This document shows, in pieces, positions 30,387 to 41,046 of a DNA stretch of 64,000 nucleotides (position 1 is the first letter of the stretch; every line of letters starts with the position of its first letter). The DNA comes from Candidatus Latescibacterota bacterium (GTDB lineage: Bacteria > Latescibacterota > UBA2968 > UBA8231). The translations under genes and the position numbers were made by a program. The notes beneath the pieces are model-generated. The model searched no databases. It saw only the letters and a program-made list of their open reading frames with translations, and was not told the origin of the DNA. Location: contig CBDCDC010000002.1 of assembly GCA_965215195.1 (NCBI GenBank), forward strand, positions 3,168,001-3,232,000. The letters are read 5' to 3'.

Positions 30387-31617
30387 GTGACTACTTGGGA
30401 AGATAACATCCGGCAAGCGCGGGCCGTGGCACTCGAAATCCTGCAACCGTCCGCATCGCAGTTGGAGCACGGGTTGGCCTTGCACCGCGACGCCATCGTG
30501 TGTGAGTCGTACAGCCTCGGGCTGCTGGCGCCGATTGATGGCGAGGCCATGGCGCGGGCCGTGGAGGCGCGGGCTTCGGAGGTTGAGCTACAGTACCTGT
30601 CCGAGCAGATGCGAATGACGCGCTGGGCCTACGACGAAGCACTAAAAGCCGAGTACTTGGGGGCTTGGGAGGCGTCCGGGGTGACGTGGCGCCTTGCAAA
30701 ACGCCGGCGAGGAGGGCAACGACCCCATGCGCATGTTGGGGCGGCTGGCGCACTATACGCATCTGACCGATCGCCTGCGCGACCACGTGGCGCGCGCGGC
30801 CTTCCCCGACGACATCGTCGCCGCAAAAGCCGCTGGACGGCACTGCATCTACCAGACGTGTAACGGCGTACCCCTCTCAGGAGAGCAGGCCACAGTTGAG
30901 CAGGAGCTGCGTTTCGTCAGCCAGTTCTTCGAGCTCGGCTGCCGCATGATGCACTTAACCTACAACCGCCGCAATCCGATTGGCGATGGCTGTGCCGAGC
31001 CGGCCAACGCCGGTTTGAGCGACTTTGGCCGCGCCGCGATCGCCGAGATGAACGAGGTCGGCGTGATTGCCGACGTGGCCCACTCGGGCTGGCAGACCTG
31101 CCTAGAAGCGGCCGAAGCCTCGCAAAAGCCGATTGTCTCCAGCCATTCGGCCTGCGCGGCCCTGAACCGCCACCATCGCTGCAAGCCGGACGACGTGATG
31201 CGGGCAATAGCCGACAAGGGCGGGACCGTGGGCATCACCAATGTGCCGGCCTTTGTCGGCGGCAGCGGCTGCATCGACGCCATGCTCAACCACATCGACC
31301 ACGCGGTGAAAGTCGTCGGCGTCGATCACGTGACGATTGGCACGGATCGAGCCTACATTAGCTGCCGCGCCAAGGAAGAGAGCGCCAAGGTGCCGGCGCG
31401 GCCGGGCAGCCGCCAGCGCTGGGAGGCACTGTGGGAGGTCAACGACCCGGTGCAACGCCCTGAGTGGCGCCAAGAGCGCATGTTCCAGAGCACGGCGTGG
31501 ACCAACTTCCCACTGTTTACGGTCGGCATGGTGCAACGCGGTTATGCCGATGACGACATCCGCAAAATCCTCGGCGGCAACATCCTCAGAGTTGCTCGGG
31601 AGGTACTGGGAGAGTAG
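30387..31617 (+). pseudogene. Membrane dipeptidase (M19) with one +1 frameshift near 30688
   Basis: MHLTYNRRN, DVAHSG, SSHS, IGTD, KILGGN; removing one G restores GVTCALQNAGEE. Confidence 0.8.
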
Positions 31618-31705
31618 GGAGCCGACGCCCAAGCCCAGCCAAACGCGCGAGGACGCCCCCAATACCATAGACACACGACCCGATCTGGCGAATTTGAAGT
31701 CGAAA

Positions 31706-32486
31706 TCTACAGCGGCGCAGGTGAGTTCGTCGCCCTGATAGCAAACGACGTCTCCCGGACGTCCACCGACAATATCCGCCTCGTTAATCGCTTGTCTCTC
31801 CACGCGGTCAAAGATGCCAAATCGCTGGCCGATAGTACGCATCAGAGCGGCCACTATAATCTGCGGACGCTCGCCGCCACTTGATTCTGCCAGATAGTCC
31901 AACACGATGCTTGCAGTAGCGTTCAGCGATATGCGCTGTGGCACGTCAAAACTGACTACCAACGCATTATACTGCCGAGCCAACGATGCCAGACAGTAGC
32001 GCAATTGAATTTCGGTATAGTCAGGGTCGTTTCGTTCCTGTACTTCTCGCAGCGTTGCTACCAGTCTATCCCCAGAGCAGACGATCCCGCCGCGACTCAT
32101 ATCCGGCATCCAGTCGGGGACGACGCAGCGGGTTGTTCACATAAGGGTCCGGGCTGGTTCCTAGAACTTGCCCTGTTTCACTGACCCACGGCACCACGTT
32201 CGTCTGGCAAAAACTACGGGCGTCCCAACGACCGGCATCCTCCGCCGTCGCCGCTTCTCCCCGTTGGATGCTCAAAGCATCGCGGCTGTGGTCCGATAAC
32301 TTGCCCAGCAATTGAGTTAGCAAGGCGTACCGTATGCTAACCAACTGCTGGTGATTAGCCCGTCAATGTCATCGTCTATCGACGGATTGGGCGCCGCCAG
32401 AACCGCGAGCCACATCTCCCGCAACCGCTCCAACGGAGACTGCGGTTCCGCCGATTCGTTAGGACTACGACGTTGGAATTTTGCAT
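31706..32486 (-). pseudogene. SacI-like restriction endonuclease, frameshifted and 3'-truncated
   Basis: WDARSFC, LGTSPDPYVNNPLR, SSGGERPQ, INEAD..GRPGDV; frameshifts near 32345 and 32070; similarity stops at AAV. Confidence 0.65.
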
Positions 32487-33340
32487 AGCGGTTCGTAATT
32501 CATCCACAGCGATTCCCGCCGTGGTTGCCGCACCGAGTGGCAAATTTTTTTTGGCGCATCCACCCGATGCCAGTCGGCATAGAGGGAATCGTACAAATCG
32601 TTTCTGTAACCGGATATCGCCGCCCGACCTTTGATTTGACGCAGCAAATCGGCCAATTCAATATGATCGTCATCAGTCATTTCGCCGTAGTAGGCGTGCT
32701 TATCACCGCGGGAATCATGGACGTACGGCGGGTCGAGATAAAACAGGGTTTGCGGCGTATCGTATCGCCGGATAACCTCCAGTGCCGGAGCGTTGTCAAT
32801 CTGCACTCGCATCAAGCGGTCGATAATAGGCGGCAGCCCGTCTATCGCTCCCAGCCATCGAGATACGGCCCCGGCCATCCCGGAGCGCGAAGTCAGTATG
32901 CAATGGGCCCAGCGGCCCTCGGATGATGTCTGCGCCAGTCCGGTACGCGTCTGGCGGGCCCTTACATAAAACCGCCGCGCCCTTTCTACATTGTCCAATC
33001 CGGGTTCTATAATGCAGGCCAGTACCAACTCCTCTCGGGAAAACGGAGTTAGGGCAATTTCTTTTAATAGCCGATCTCCATGCTCCGGATTTCGCAGCGT
33101 AGCGAAAAAGTTGACCAACTCAGAGTCTAGGTCGTTGTAGGTTTCAACCGGTGCCGGTTCCCGGTTGATAAGCACGGCGGCCGAACCGCCGAACGCGTCG
33201 CAGAAATGCACGGCATCGTTGGGCAGGTTAGGTAGCAGGAAATCCAGATGACTGAATTTACCACCGTACCAGCCGAAAGCGATTTTTTTGCGTTTACGCA
33301 TGACGCGCCGCGAAGTTCGGGCTGACGTTGGATTGTTCAT
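32465..33340 (-). CDS. Dam/D12-class DNA N6-adenine methyltransferase
   Basis: WYGGK, DAFGGSAAV, YNDLD, FYLDPPY. Confidence 0.92.
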   Translation of the reverse strand: MNNPTSARTSRRVMRKRKKIAFGWYGGKFSHLDFLLPNLPNDAVHFCDAFGGSAAVLINREPAPVETYNDLDSELVNFFATLRNPEHGDRLLKEIALTPFSREELVLACIIEPGLDNVERARRFYVRARQTRTGLAQTSSEGRWAHCILTSRSGMAGAVSRWLGAIDGLPPIIDRLMRVQIDNAPALEVIRRYDTPQTLFYLDPPYVHDSRGDKHAYYGEMTDDDHIELADLLRQIKGRAAISGYRNDLYDSLYADWHRVDAPKKICHSVRQPRRESLWMNYEPLCKIPTS

Positions 33341-34171
33341 TTAGAGGCCGATCTGTTCGGCGGGTGCGTTGGGCATGCCCGGATGCGAGCCGCCGGCGTT
33401 CTTAGAGAGGTTGCCGCCGTCTAGGGGAAGCATCGCGCCGGTGATCCAAGCCGAGGCGTCTGAGGCGAGGAAAATCGCCGCGCCCTTGATGTCGTTGGAA
33501 TTGCCGAGGCGGCCCATGGGAAGGCCGCGCAAATAGGTTTCGCCCAGCGTCGGGTCTGCGGCAATGCGCTCCTCTAAGTCGGCGTTCATTAGCTGAGCGC
33601 AGACAATGGCGTTGACGCGCACGCCTTTGGCGGCCCACTCCGTGCTCAGCTCGCGGGTCATCTGCGCGGCAGCACCCATGCCCATGCTATACGCGAGGTG
33701 ACTGCGGCCAAGGGCGTTGATGCCGGCGATCGACACGAGGTTGATGATGCTGCCGCCGTGGCCCGAGTCCATCATGCGCCGGCCGGCCTCTTGACAACAC
33801 ACTAAGCGGCCAACCACGAGGTTTTGCAGGGTAAACTCGACCTCCTCGGGCGTCAGGTCGAGCGGGGTGTTGCGCCGCGCATTGCCGGCGACATTGCCCA
33901 CAATGTCGATGCGGCCGTATTCTGCGTCTATTAATTCAAACATGGTGCGGATCTGGTCGGGTTGCGACATGTCGCACAACGCCGGGAGGACGCGGCGGCC
34001 CAAGGCACCCAGTTCGCGGGCCGCCGTGGCCAAGCCATCGGCATTGATGTCGGCCAAGACGAGGTCGGCTCCGGCTTCGGCCAAGCCGGTGGCCATGGCT
34101 TTGCCGAGGCCGCTGGCCGCACCAGAGACCAAGGCGACGCGGTTAGACAGGTCGAAGAGCGGATGGGACAT
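33341..34171 (-). CDS. SDR oxidoreductase
   Basis: SGAASGLG, GVRVNAI, FLASDASAWITG..LPLDGG. Confidence 0.88.
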   Translation of the reverse strand: MSHPLFDLSNRVALVSGAASGLGKAMATGLAEAGADLVLADINADGLATAARELGALGRRVLPALCDMSQPDQIRTMFELIDAEYGRIDIVGNVAGNARRNTPLDLTPEEVEFTLQNLVVGRLVCCQEAGRRMMDSGHGGSIINLVSIAGINALGRSHLAYSMGMGAAAQMTRELSTEWAAKGVRVNAIVCAQLMNADLEERIAADPTLGETYLRGLPMGRLGNSNDIKGAAIFLASDASAWITGAMLPLDGGNLSKNAGGSHPGMPNAPAEQIGL

Positions 34172-34210
34172 GACAGCCTCCTGATTTTGTTTGACTTAGA
34201 ACATAGGGGC

Positions 34211-34251
34211 GCAGCTTGCGGCGGCCAAGCCTTGCGGCAGCTTGCGGCGGC
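34211..34251. repeat. 15-bp direct repeat in a divergent intergenic region
   Basis: GCAGCTTGCGGCGGC at 34211-34225 and 34237-34251. Confidence 0.6.
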
Positions 34252-34448
34252 TCGTTCGCACACTCTATATTTGCTGCCAAAGTTTGAACCCCCTGACGCA
34301 GCTAGCAAGGACGACGCGCTGTGGAACTCCTACTGGAAATCGCACCAGAGCCATACTTTTCAAGACTTCAAACGCCAAATCGGCGTGGTTGGTGGCGGCG
34401 CAAGCACCTCGACCACGAACAGGTTAGATAGCGAGGAGAAGAGATTAG

Positions 34449-34820
34449 ATGGTACACAAAATTCACAAGATCGCGGTCGTAACCGACGATGTCGAAGGAG
34501 CAGTGGCGTTTTACACGCAGAAACTAGGGCTGACTGTGGTGGAGCGCTTTGCCAATGAGGACGACGAGGACTATGTCTTCCTCGACGCCGGCGGTATCCT
34601 GCTGGAGCTCATGCCGCAAAAGAGCATGGGGCATGAGCCCGGTTTCCACCACATCTCCTTTGAGGTCGCCAGCGTGGAAGACAGCGCACAGGACTTGAAG
34701 GACAAGGGGGTCACCATCACCAAAGAACCTTTTGCCGTCGGTGGGGGGACCGGTATCACCTTGGGTTTTTTCGAGGGGCCGAACCAACTGAACCTTCAGC
34801 TCTTTCACCGCGAGAAATGA
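34449..34820 (+). CDS. VOC/glyoxalase family protein
   Basis: IAVVTDDVEGAVAFY..KLGL, GFHHISFEV. Confidence 0.88.
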   Translation: MVHKIHKIAVVTDDVEGAVAFYTQKLGLTVVERFANEDDEDYVFLDAGGILLELMPQKSMGHEPGFHHISFEVASVEDSAQDLKDKGVTITKEPFAVGGGTGITLGFFEGPNQLNLQLFHREK

Positions 34821-34827
34821 GGCCGTC

Positions 34828-35646
34828 ATGCGCGTAGCGAGAGCCGACCGGGCGCACATGAAGGAGCTGAGCGCCGTCCACGGCGGCGCTGGGACGATCC
34901 TCTTCAACAGCCTGTGGGGCCGCGCCGATTTTGCGACGCCCTTCGCTTTTGTCCACTGTGCGATCCTCCTACCCGGCGGCGGAATTGGCTACCACCGCCA
35001 CGACGACAGCGAGGAGATTTTCATCGCCATTGACAACGCCTCCCAGTTCACCCACAACGGGCGCACGGCCGTAGTTGAGGGCGGGGCCGCAGTGCCGTTG
35101 CGCTCGGGCGAGACCCACGCCATCTACAACCACACCGACCGCGAGACGCGCTGGTTCAACGTCCACTGCGTGGTTCCCGGCGGCAATCCCAAATCGACCG
35201 ACTTGGGCGACGACCGGGTCGGCGCTGAGTTGGAATCTACCGACCGCCTGCCGGTGGGGCGGCTGGACCGCACTGCGCTAAAGTACGGCCAAGCGCACGG
35301 CGGCAAGGGCGCGGTCGGCAGTCGGCGCATCTGGGGGCCAGAGGATTTCCGCAGCAATTTTTACTGTTTGGCCCACTGCCTGTTGCCGCCGGACACCTCG
35401 CTCGGCTACCACCGCCACGAAGGCGTTGAGGAGGTCTATATCATCATCGAGGGCCGCGGGCGGATGACGGTGGACGAGGAGACGCAGGAAGTCGCGCAGT
35501 GGGACGCGATCCCCTGCCGACTGGGGGGCAGCCACGGCCTCTACAACCACACCCGAGAAAATCTCGAACTCTTGGTCGTTGCCGTCTGCGCCGAAAAGGG
35601 GCAGTTCGACTCAACGGACCGCGGCGACGATCTAAGCCAACGCTAA
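34828..35646 (+). CDS. Bicupin protein
   Basis: Two GYHRH..EE and H.(I/L)YNHT cupin motifs. Confidence 0.88.
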   Translation: MRVARADRAHMKELSAVHGGAGTILFNSLWGRADFATPFAFVHCAILLPGGGIGYHRHDDSEEIFIAIDNASQFTHNGRTAVVEGGAAVPLRSGETHAIYNHTDRETRWFNVHCVVPGGNPKSTDLGDDRVGAELESTDRLPVGRLDRTALKYGQAHGGKGAVGSRRIWGPEDFRSNFYCLAHCLLPPDTSLGYHRHEGVEEVYIIIEGRGRMTVDEETQEVAQWDAIPCRLGGSHGLYNHTRENLELLVVAVCAEKGQFDSTDRGDDLSQR

Positions 35647-35663
35647 CAGAAAGGACCATCCTT

Positions 35664-36461
35664 ATGGCATCCGTGAATATCACCTTTATCGGCCACGCTT
35701 CTTTCCGCTTTGAGTCCGACAAAGGCTCAGTCGCGTATTTCGACGCTTGGCTCGACGACAATCCCACCGCCAAGATGAAGCTCAGCCAAGTCAAAGAAGC
35801 CGATATCGTTATCGCCAGCCACGGCCACAGCGACCACATCGGCGATTCCTACGAGATCTGCAAGCGCACCAAGGCCAAGTTCGTGGGCAACTACGAGCTG
35901 TGCTCGGTTGCCGAGACCGTGCATGGGCTCAAGATGGGCGCGCGGGCGTTGTCCATGAACCCCGGCGGCGCGGTCGAGGTCAAAGACGCCACGATCACCA
36001 TGGTACAGGGGCACCATTCCCAGTCGCTATCGCCGCACGTGATCGGTGCCGAGCTGCCGTCGGGGTTGCTCTTCCATCCCGACAGCGCGGTCAACGGCTT
36101 CGTCGTGGCTTACAACAACGGCATCTCCATATACGACACGGCCGATACCTGCCTGTTCAGCGATATGCAGCTCATTGGACAGATGTACGGACCGCAGATC
36201 GCGATTATGCCGGTGGGCGGGCAGTACACAATGGGGATCCGCGAGGCCGCGCGGGCGGCGAGCCTGATCCGCCCGGACATCGTCATTCCCTGCCACTACG
36301 GGCCGATTATGAAGCAGCCGGCCGACATCGGCGCGTTGAGCGAAGCGGTACAATTCCTCTCGCCGAATACGCAGGTGGTAGAGATGCAGCCCGGGCAGAC
36401 GCTGACCTATACGGCGAGTACCTATCAGGTCGGGCGGCGCACGCAGCCGGCCAGTGCCTAG
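35664..36461 (+). CDS. Metallo-beta-lactamase-fold hydrolase (UPF0173-like)
   Basis: GHASF, SHGHSDHIGD, DTCLFSDM, IPCHY. Confidence 0.9.
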   Translation: MASVNITFIGHASFRFESDKGSVAYFDAWLDDNPTAKMKLSQVKEADIVIASHGHSDHIGDSYEICKRTKAKFVGNYELCSVAETVHGLKMGARALSMNPGGAVEVKDATITMVQGHHSQSLSPHVIGAELPSGLLFHPDSAVNGFVVAYNNGISIYDTADTCLFSDMQLIGQMYGPQIAIMPVGGQYTMGIREAARAASLIRPDIVIPCHYGPIMKQPADIGALSEAVQFLSPNTQVVEMQPGQTLTYTASTYQVGRRTQPASA

Positions 36462-36598
36462 CGACTTTCAGGCCAACGAAAGATGCAGGCAGTCTGTGTG
36501 GCAGGGCAGTATCCGAGATGCGGATCGTCTTGTGATACTATTCTGCGTCCTCATGCGGATTATCTTTGAATGCAGTTGATCGACACCAAGAGGCCAAA

Positions 36599-37681
36599 AT
36601 GACATTTGCAAACATGCTGCGAGCCGTCCACTATCAGGACGTGGATCCCGGAACTCAGTGGATCAAGGACCTCCCCATCGCCATCAATTCCGACGGACCG
36701 CTCGATTCGGACCGAGCCCTCACTCCGAACGTGGTCAAAATGGAAGGCGGATACCGCATGTACTATCACGGCCTCGGGCCGGAGCGTCCAAACGCGGCTT
36801 CAAAGGGGTACATCCTGAGTGCCTTCTCCACCGATGCCGAGCACTGGGAGAAGGAGCCGGGGGTCAGAATGGATGCCGGCGGGGACGGCGCCGAGCACTA
36901 CATCTGGAGCCCGGACGTCATTCCGCTAGCGGATGGCCGCTACCGCATGTATTACGAGGGGAAGACCGAGCAGGAGGACGGCCAAGTCAAAGCCGCAATT
37001 GTGAGTTCTGTTTCCAGCGATGGGCTGGTCTGGGAACGAGAGCCGGGCCTGCGCCTAGCCGGAGAAAGCGTCTCCTATCTGTCACCTCGCTGTCTTCACC
37101 TCGATCCGGCCGCAGACAGGGGCGGCTCTCGTTTTCGCCTCTACGCCAGTGCTTATCCCTATCCAGATGTTTCGCTGCCAAGTGCTTGCAACAACAGAAA
37201 CATCGTCAGCGCAGTGTCAGAAGATGGTCTAGCGTTCAAGCTGGAGCCCGGCGTTCGCATATCCCAAGACCGACCTTTCGAAAGCTATGCCGTCTATGCC
37301 CCGGAGGTTTTGCGCCTAGGCGAGGGCGGCTTCCGCATGTACTACGCAGGCTGGAAAGCGGCTCCGGAGGTATTCTGTGGATCAAAGTATCACGGCAGGA
37401 TCTTCAGCGCATTTTCCAAGGACGGTCTGGAGTGGGTCAAGGATTGGGGAATCTGCCTTGACAATGGGGCACTATGGGACGCGACCAAGGCCTCAGAGCC
37501 GTGTGTGATCGACCTTGCCGATGGACGCTTCCGCATGTTCTACGAAGCCTGCGATATCTACGGCCGCTGGCGCATTGCCAGCGCAACTTCGGCTGCATCT
37601 ACTGCGACAGATTTTGCACACCCACCAACTCAACTCGGTGGCGTATTGCCAGCGCGACTTCGATTATCTACTGCGCCGTAG
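36599..37681 (+). CDS. Five-bladed beta-propeller, glycoside-hydrolase-like (GH32/43 clan) protein
   Basis: Repeats P.V....G.YRMYY....I.SA.S.DG..W. Confidence 0.7.
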   Translation: MTFANMLRAVHYQDVDPGTQWIKDLPIAINSDGPLDSDRALTPNVVKMEGGYRMYYHGLGPERPNAASKGYILSAFSTDAEHWEKEPGVRMDAGGDGAEHYIWSPDVIPLADGRYRMYYEGKTEQEDGQVKAAIVSSVSSDGLVWEREPGLRLAGESVSYLSPRCLHLDPAADRGGSRFRLYASAYPYPDVSLPSACNNRNIVSAVSEDGLAFKLEPGVRISQDRPFESYAVYAPEVLRLGEGGFRMYYAGWKAAPEVFCGSKYHGRIFSAFSKDGLEWVKDWGICLDNGALWDATKASEPCVIDLADGRFRMFYEACDIYGRWRIASATSAASTATDFAHPPTQLGGVLPARLRLSTAP

Positions 37682-37767
37682 CGAGCCAACTCTGCTTTGC
37701 GGTCGATGTAGGACGGCAATGGCGCACTTTACAGCAAGCGATCACCCGCAACCAAAGGATTACCGCC

Positions 37768-38892
37768 ATGTCGAGCACGGAAGCGCCCATCGGCCCCAAC
37801 GATGCGATTAAGGTCACCAAAATTGAGACGTTCGTTCTCAAGAACTCCTGGGTCTTCGTCAAAATTTCCACGGACGTGGGCATCACTGGTTGGGGCGAAA
37901 TGCTCAAGGACGACGCGAGGGCCTGTGCGGCCGGTGCGCTCGAAGTGGCCGACTACCTAGTGGGCAAGGATCCCCGCCCCGTCACCCACCACTGGCAGGC
38001 CATCCACCGCGGTGCTTTCTATCGCGGCGGCCCGATCAAAACCGCCATCTCTTCCGGCATTGATATGGCCCTTTGGGACATCACTGGCAAGTGCTATGGC
38101 GTACCCGTGTACAAGCTGCTCGGCGGCCCCACGCGCGAGCGAATTCGGGTTTACGGCGAAGTGAGCGAACAGACCGGCGTCAACGCCATGAAGGTGGGGC
38201 CGGGCACGTCGCGTTCCCCCTTCAAATACATTGAGGGGCAAAAATTCGTCGATGAGATCGTCGAGCGTTTCAAGGCGCTCCGCGAACAACACGGCTCTGG
38301 CGTGGATATCGCCGTTGACTTTCACGGCGCAGTGCAGCCCCCTACCGCTTTGCTGCTCATCAAAGCGCTCGAACCGTATCATCCTTGGTTCTACGAGGAA
38401 ATTGTGCAGGCCCTCAATGTCGACGTCATGGCCGAGCTCGCCGCAAAGACCCACATCCCCATTGCCACTGGCGAGCGCATCTTTACCAAATGGGGATTCA
38501 AGGAAATTCTCGAAAAACGCGCCGCCCACATCCTCCAGCCGGACGTTTGCTATGCCGGCGGCATCACCGAATTGAAGATCATCGCCGGCATGGCCGAGGC
38601 CTACTACTCGCCGCTGGCCCCGCACAACCCCCAAGGTCCCTGTTCGCTCGCCGCGAGTCTGCAAGTTGCTGCTGCCATCCCCAACTTTCTCATCCAAGAG
38701 CGCGGCGACAACGAATACGCGGACCTGCTCGCCAAACCCTTGCCACCGGTCGCCAACGGCCACCGCCCCCTGCCCCCAGATCCCGGTCTCGGCATCACCA
38801 TCGACGAAGACAAGCTCATGGACCAAGTCGGCGAACCGCAGCCCTATCGCGTTCGCCTCGACCCGGACGACGGGGCGGTCGTGGACTGGTAG
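37768..38892 (+). CDS. dgoD: Galactonate dehydratase-like enolase-superfamily enzyme
   Basis: FYRGGP, VDFHG, PIATGER, LQPDV..AGGITE, APHNP. Confidence 0.8.
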   Translation: MSSTEAPIGPNDAIKVTKIETFVLKNSWVFVKISTDVGITGWGEMLKDDARACAAGALEVADYLVGKDPRPVTHHWQAIHRGAFYRGGPIKTAISSGIDMALWDITGKCYGVPVYKLLGGPTRERIRVYGEVSEQTGVNAMKVGPGTSRSPFKYIEGQKFVDEIVERFKALREQHGSGVDIAVDFHGAVQPPTALLLIKALEPYHPWFYEEIVQALNVDVMAELAAKTHIPIATGERIFTKWGFKEILEKRAAHILQPDVCYAGGITELKIIAGMAEAYYSPLAPHNPQGPCSLAASLQVAAAIPNFLIQERGDNEYADLLAKPLPPVANGHRPLPPDPGLGITIDEDKLMDQVGEPQPYRVRLDPDDGAVVDW

Positions 38893-38923
38893 GCCGGGGC
38901 TAGGTTCTTTCAAGGAGACCATC

Positions 38924-40501
38924 GTGCGTTTTTTCAACACGAGCGGTCCGGTGGTGGCCGACGATCACTACTGCATCTCGCCTTTAGAGCGGCTGCACCT
39001 GTCCGAGGTGCGCCGGCTCCTCCGCGACAAACGCTACTTCGTGTTGCACGCGCCGCGTCAGACGGGCAAGACATCGGCACTGTTGGCGTTGCGCGACCTG
39101 CTCAACGCCGAAGGCGACTATCGGTGCGTGTACGTCAACGTGGAAGGTGGGCAGGCCGGGCGCGAGGACGTGGAACAAGTCATGCGCACCGTTTTGGGGG
39201 AACTGGCCTCTTGGGCCCGTTCGACGCTGGGCGACGAGTTTTTGGATGCCATTTGGCTCGACATTTTGGCTAAGTATGGTCCGCACGGCGCATTGCGCGA
39301 GGCCCTAACGCGCTGGTCGGAAGCGGACCCTACCCCCTTGGTGCTACTCATTGACGAGATCGACGCGCTAATGGGCGATTCGCTGCTGTCGGTGCTGCGG
39401 CAGTTGCGGGCGGGCTACGTTCGCCGTCCCGGAGAGTTTCCGCAGAGCGTGGTGTTGTGCGGGGTGCGCGATGTGCGCGATTACCGCATTCAATCAACGG
39501 CCGAGAATGCCATCATCGCTGGCGGGAGTGCGTTCAATATCAAAGCGAGGTCGTTGCGTCTGGGCGACTTTTCGCGGGATGAAGTGCGGGCGTTGCTGGG
39601 TCAGCACACCGAAGAAACCGAGCAAGAGTTCACCGCCGAGGCGGTGGAGACGGTCTGGACGCAGACGCAAGGGCAACCGTGGCTGGTCAACGCGCTGGCC
39701 GACGAAGCCTGTTTCCGCGGCGAATATGCCGAGGCGTGGCATCGTCCGGTCAAGGCCGCAGCCATCCGCGCCGCGCAAGAGCAACTCATCCTGCGGCGCG
39801 AGACCCATTTGGATCAGTTGGCCGATAAGCTGCAAGAAGAGCGCGTCCGGCGCGTCGTCGAGCCTTTGCTGAGCGGCAGCCAAGCGCATTCCATGCCCTC
39901 CGACGACCTGATGTATGTCCGCGATCTGGGCCTGATCAGCGCAGACGACCCGGCGCGTATTGCCAATCCCATATACCGAGAGGTCATTCCACGCGAGCTG
40001 ATCTACACCACCCAAGCGACGTTGGCCCAAGACGCGGCTTGGTATGTGGATGCCGACGGCGGCTTGGACGTGGGTAAGCTGTTGTCGGCGTTTCAGGCGT
40101 TCTTCCGCGAGCACTCGGAGCACTGGGTGGAGCGGTTCCAGTACAAGGAAGCGGGGCCGCAGCTTCTGCTACAAGCCTTTTTGCAACGGATCGTCAACAG
40201 CGGGGGTCGGATAGAGCGGGAGTATGGCTTGGGTCGGATGCGGACGGATTTGCTAATCGTATGGCCGCAGGGGGAGCAGATGCGCCGGTTCGTCGTCGAG
40301 TGCAAGGTGCTGCACCAGAGCTTGGAGCAGACGATCGTCGCCGGGTTGACGCAGACGGCGGAATACTTGGATCGCTGCGCGGCCGAGGCGGGTCATCTGG
40401 TGATTTTCGACCGGCGCGAAGGTCGGCGTTGGACCGACAAAGTGTTTCACTGTCGCCGGGTAGCTGACAGCGGGGTGGAGGTAGATGTTTGGGGGATGTG
40501 A
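38924..40501 (+). CDS. AAA-family ATPase with C-terminal PD-(D/E)xK-like domain
   Basis: MRFFNTSGP start, HAPRQTGKTS Walker A, LLIDEID Walker B, REYGLGRMRTDL..VVECK. Confidence 0.85.
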   Translation: MRFFNTSGPVVADDHYCISPLERLHLSEVRRLLRDKRYFVLHAPRQTGKTSALLALRDLLNAEGDYRCVYVNVEGGQAGREDVEQVMRTVLGELASWARSTLGDEFLDAIWLDILAKYGPHGALREALTRWSEADPTPLVLLIDEIDALMGDSLLSVLRQLRAGYVRRPGEFPQSVVLCGVRDVRDYRIQSTAENAIIAGGSAFNIKARSLRLGDFSRDEVRALLGQHTEETEQEFTAEAVETVWTQTQGQPWLVNALADEACFRGEYAEAWHRPVKAAAIRAAQEQLILRRETHLDQLADKLQEERVRRVVEPLLSGSQAHSMPSDDLMYVRDLGLISADDPARIANPIYREVIPRELIYTTQATLAQDAAWYVDADGGLDVGKLLSAFQAFFREHSEHWVERFQYKEAGPQLLLQAFLQRIVNSGGRIEREYGLGRMRTDLLIVWPQGEQMRRFVVECKVLHQSLEQTIVAGLTQTAEYLDRCAAEAGHLVIFDRREGRRWTDKVFHCRRVADSGVEVDVWGM

Positions 40502-40513
40502 GCGGGGGCAGGG

Positions 40514-40715
40514 CTTGATTATCTGGCGGGCGAGCCAGTCTGTGTAAGCCGTGAGCAGGCGATAAGGACGATTGATACGGGGAGGGAAGTCTTGGAGAGT
40601 ATTGCTTATGAGACTGCTGCTCAATGAGTCAGTGCCAAGGCAACTAAGAAGCCTGTTCGTTGGGCATGACGTGGATAGTAAAGTGCCGGAATATGCCTCT
40701 TATGAATGCTATTGA
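40514..40715 (+). pseudogene. DUF433 antitoxin tail and DUF5615 PIN-toxin head remnants
   Basis: LDYLAGE..VSREQAI..ETAAQ* overlapping MRLLLNESVPRQLRSLFVGHDV (ATG 40608, stop 40715). Confidence 0.6.
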
Positions 40716-41046
40716 AGCCCATATCGACAGCGCTACGATCCAAGCCATCGTGCAACTGATTGTCAAACGCTTTGATCCAGAACAAATCATTCTCTTTGGC
40801 AGCCATGCTCGCGGAGAGGTTGGAGCGCACAGCGATGTGGATCTGCTAGTTGTGCTTCGTACAGACGCAGGACAGCTACAGCATGGCAATCCGATTCGTC
40901 GGGCGATTGCCGAGCGTTTCGTCCTGCCCATTGATGTGGTTATCCGCTCTCCAGAAGTCCTCGCCGAGCAGCGCAATGATCCGTATTCCTTGATCCACAA
41001 GGTGCTAAAAGAGGGGAAAGTGCTGTATGAGCGACGTGTCGCCTGA
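40702..41046 (+). CDS. Minimal nucleotidyltransferase (MNT) antitoxin
   Basis: IILFGSHARG...SDVDLLVV; KEGKVLYE. Confidence 0.88.
   Translation: MNAIEAHIDSATIQAIVQLIVKRFDPEQIILFGSHARGEVGAHSDVDLLVVLRTDAGQLQHGNPIRRAIAERFVLPIDVVIRSPEVLAEQRNDPYSLIHKVLKEGKVLYERRVA

Noticed and set aside
31102-32109. 335-aa minus-strand ORF as an intact gene
   Set aside because: It is the truncated REase frame running on antisense through the dipeptidase
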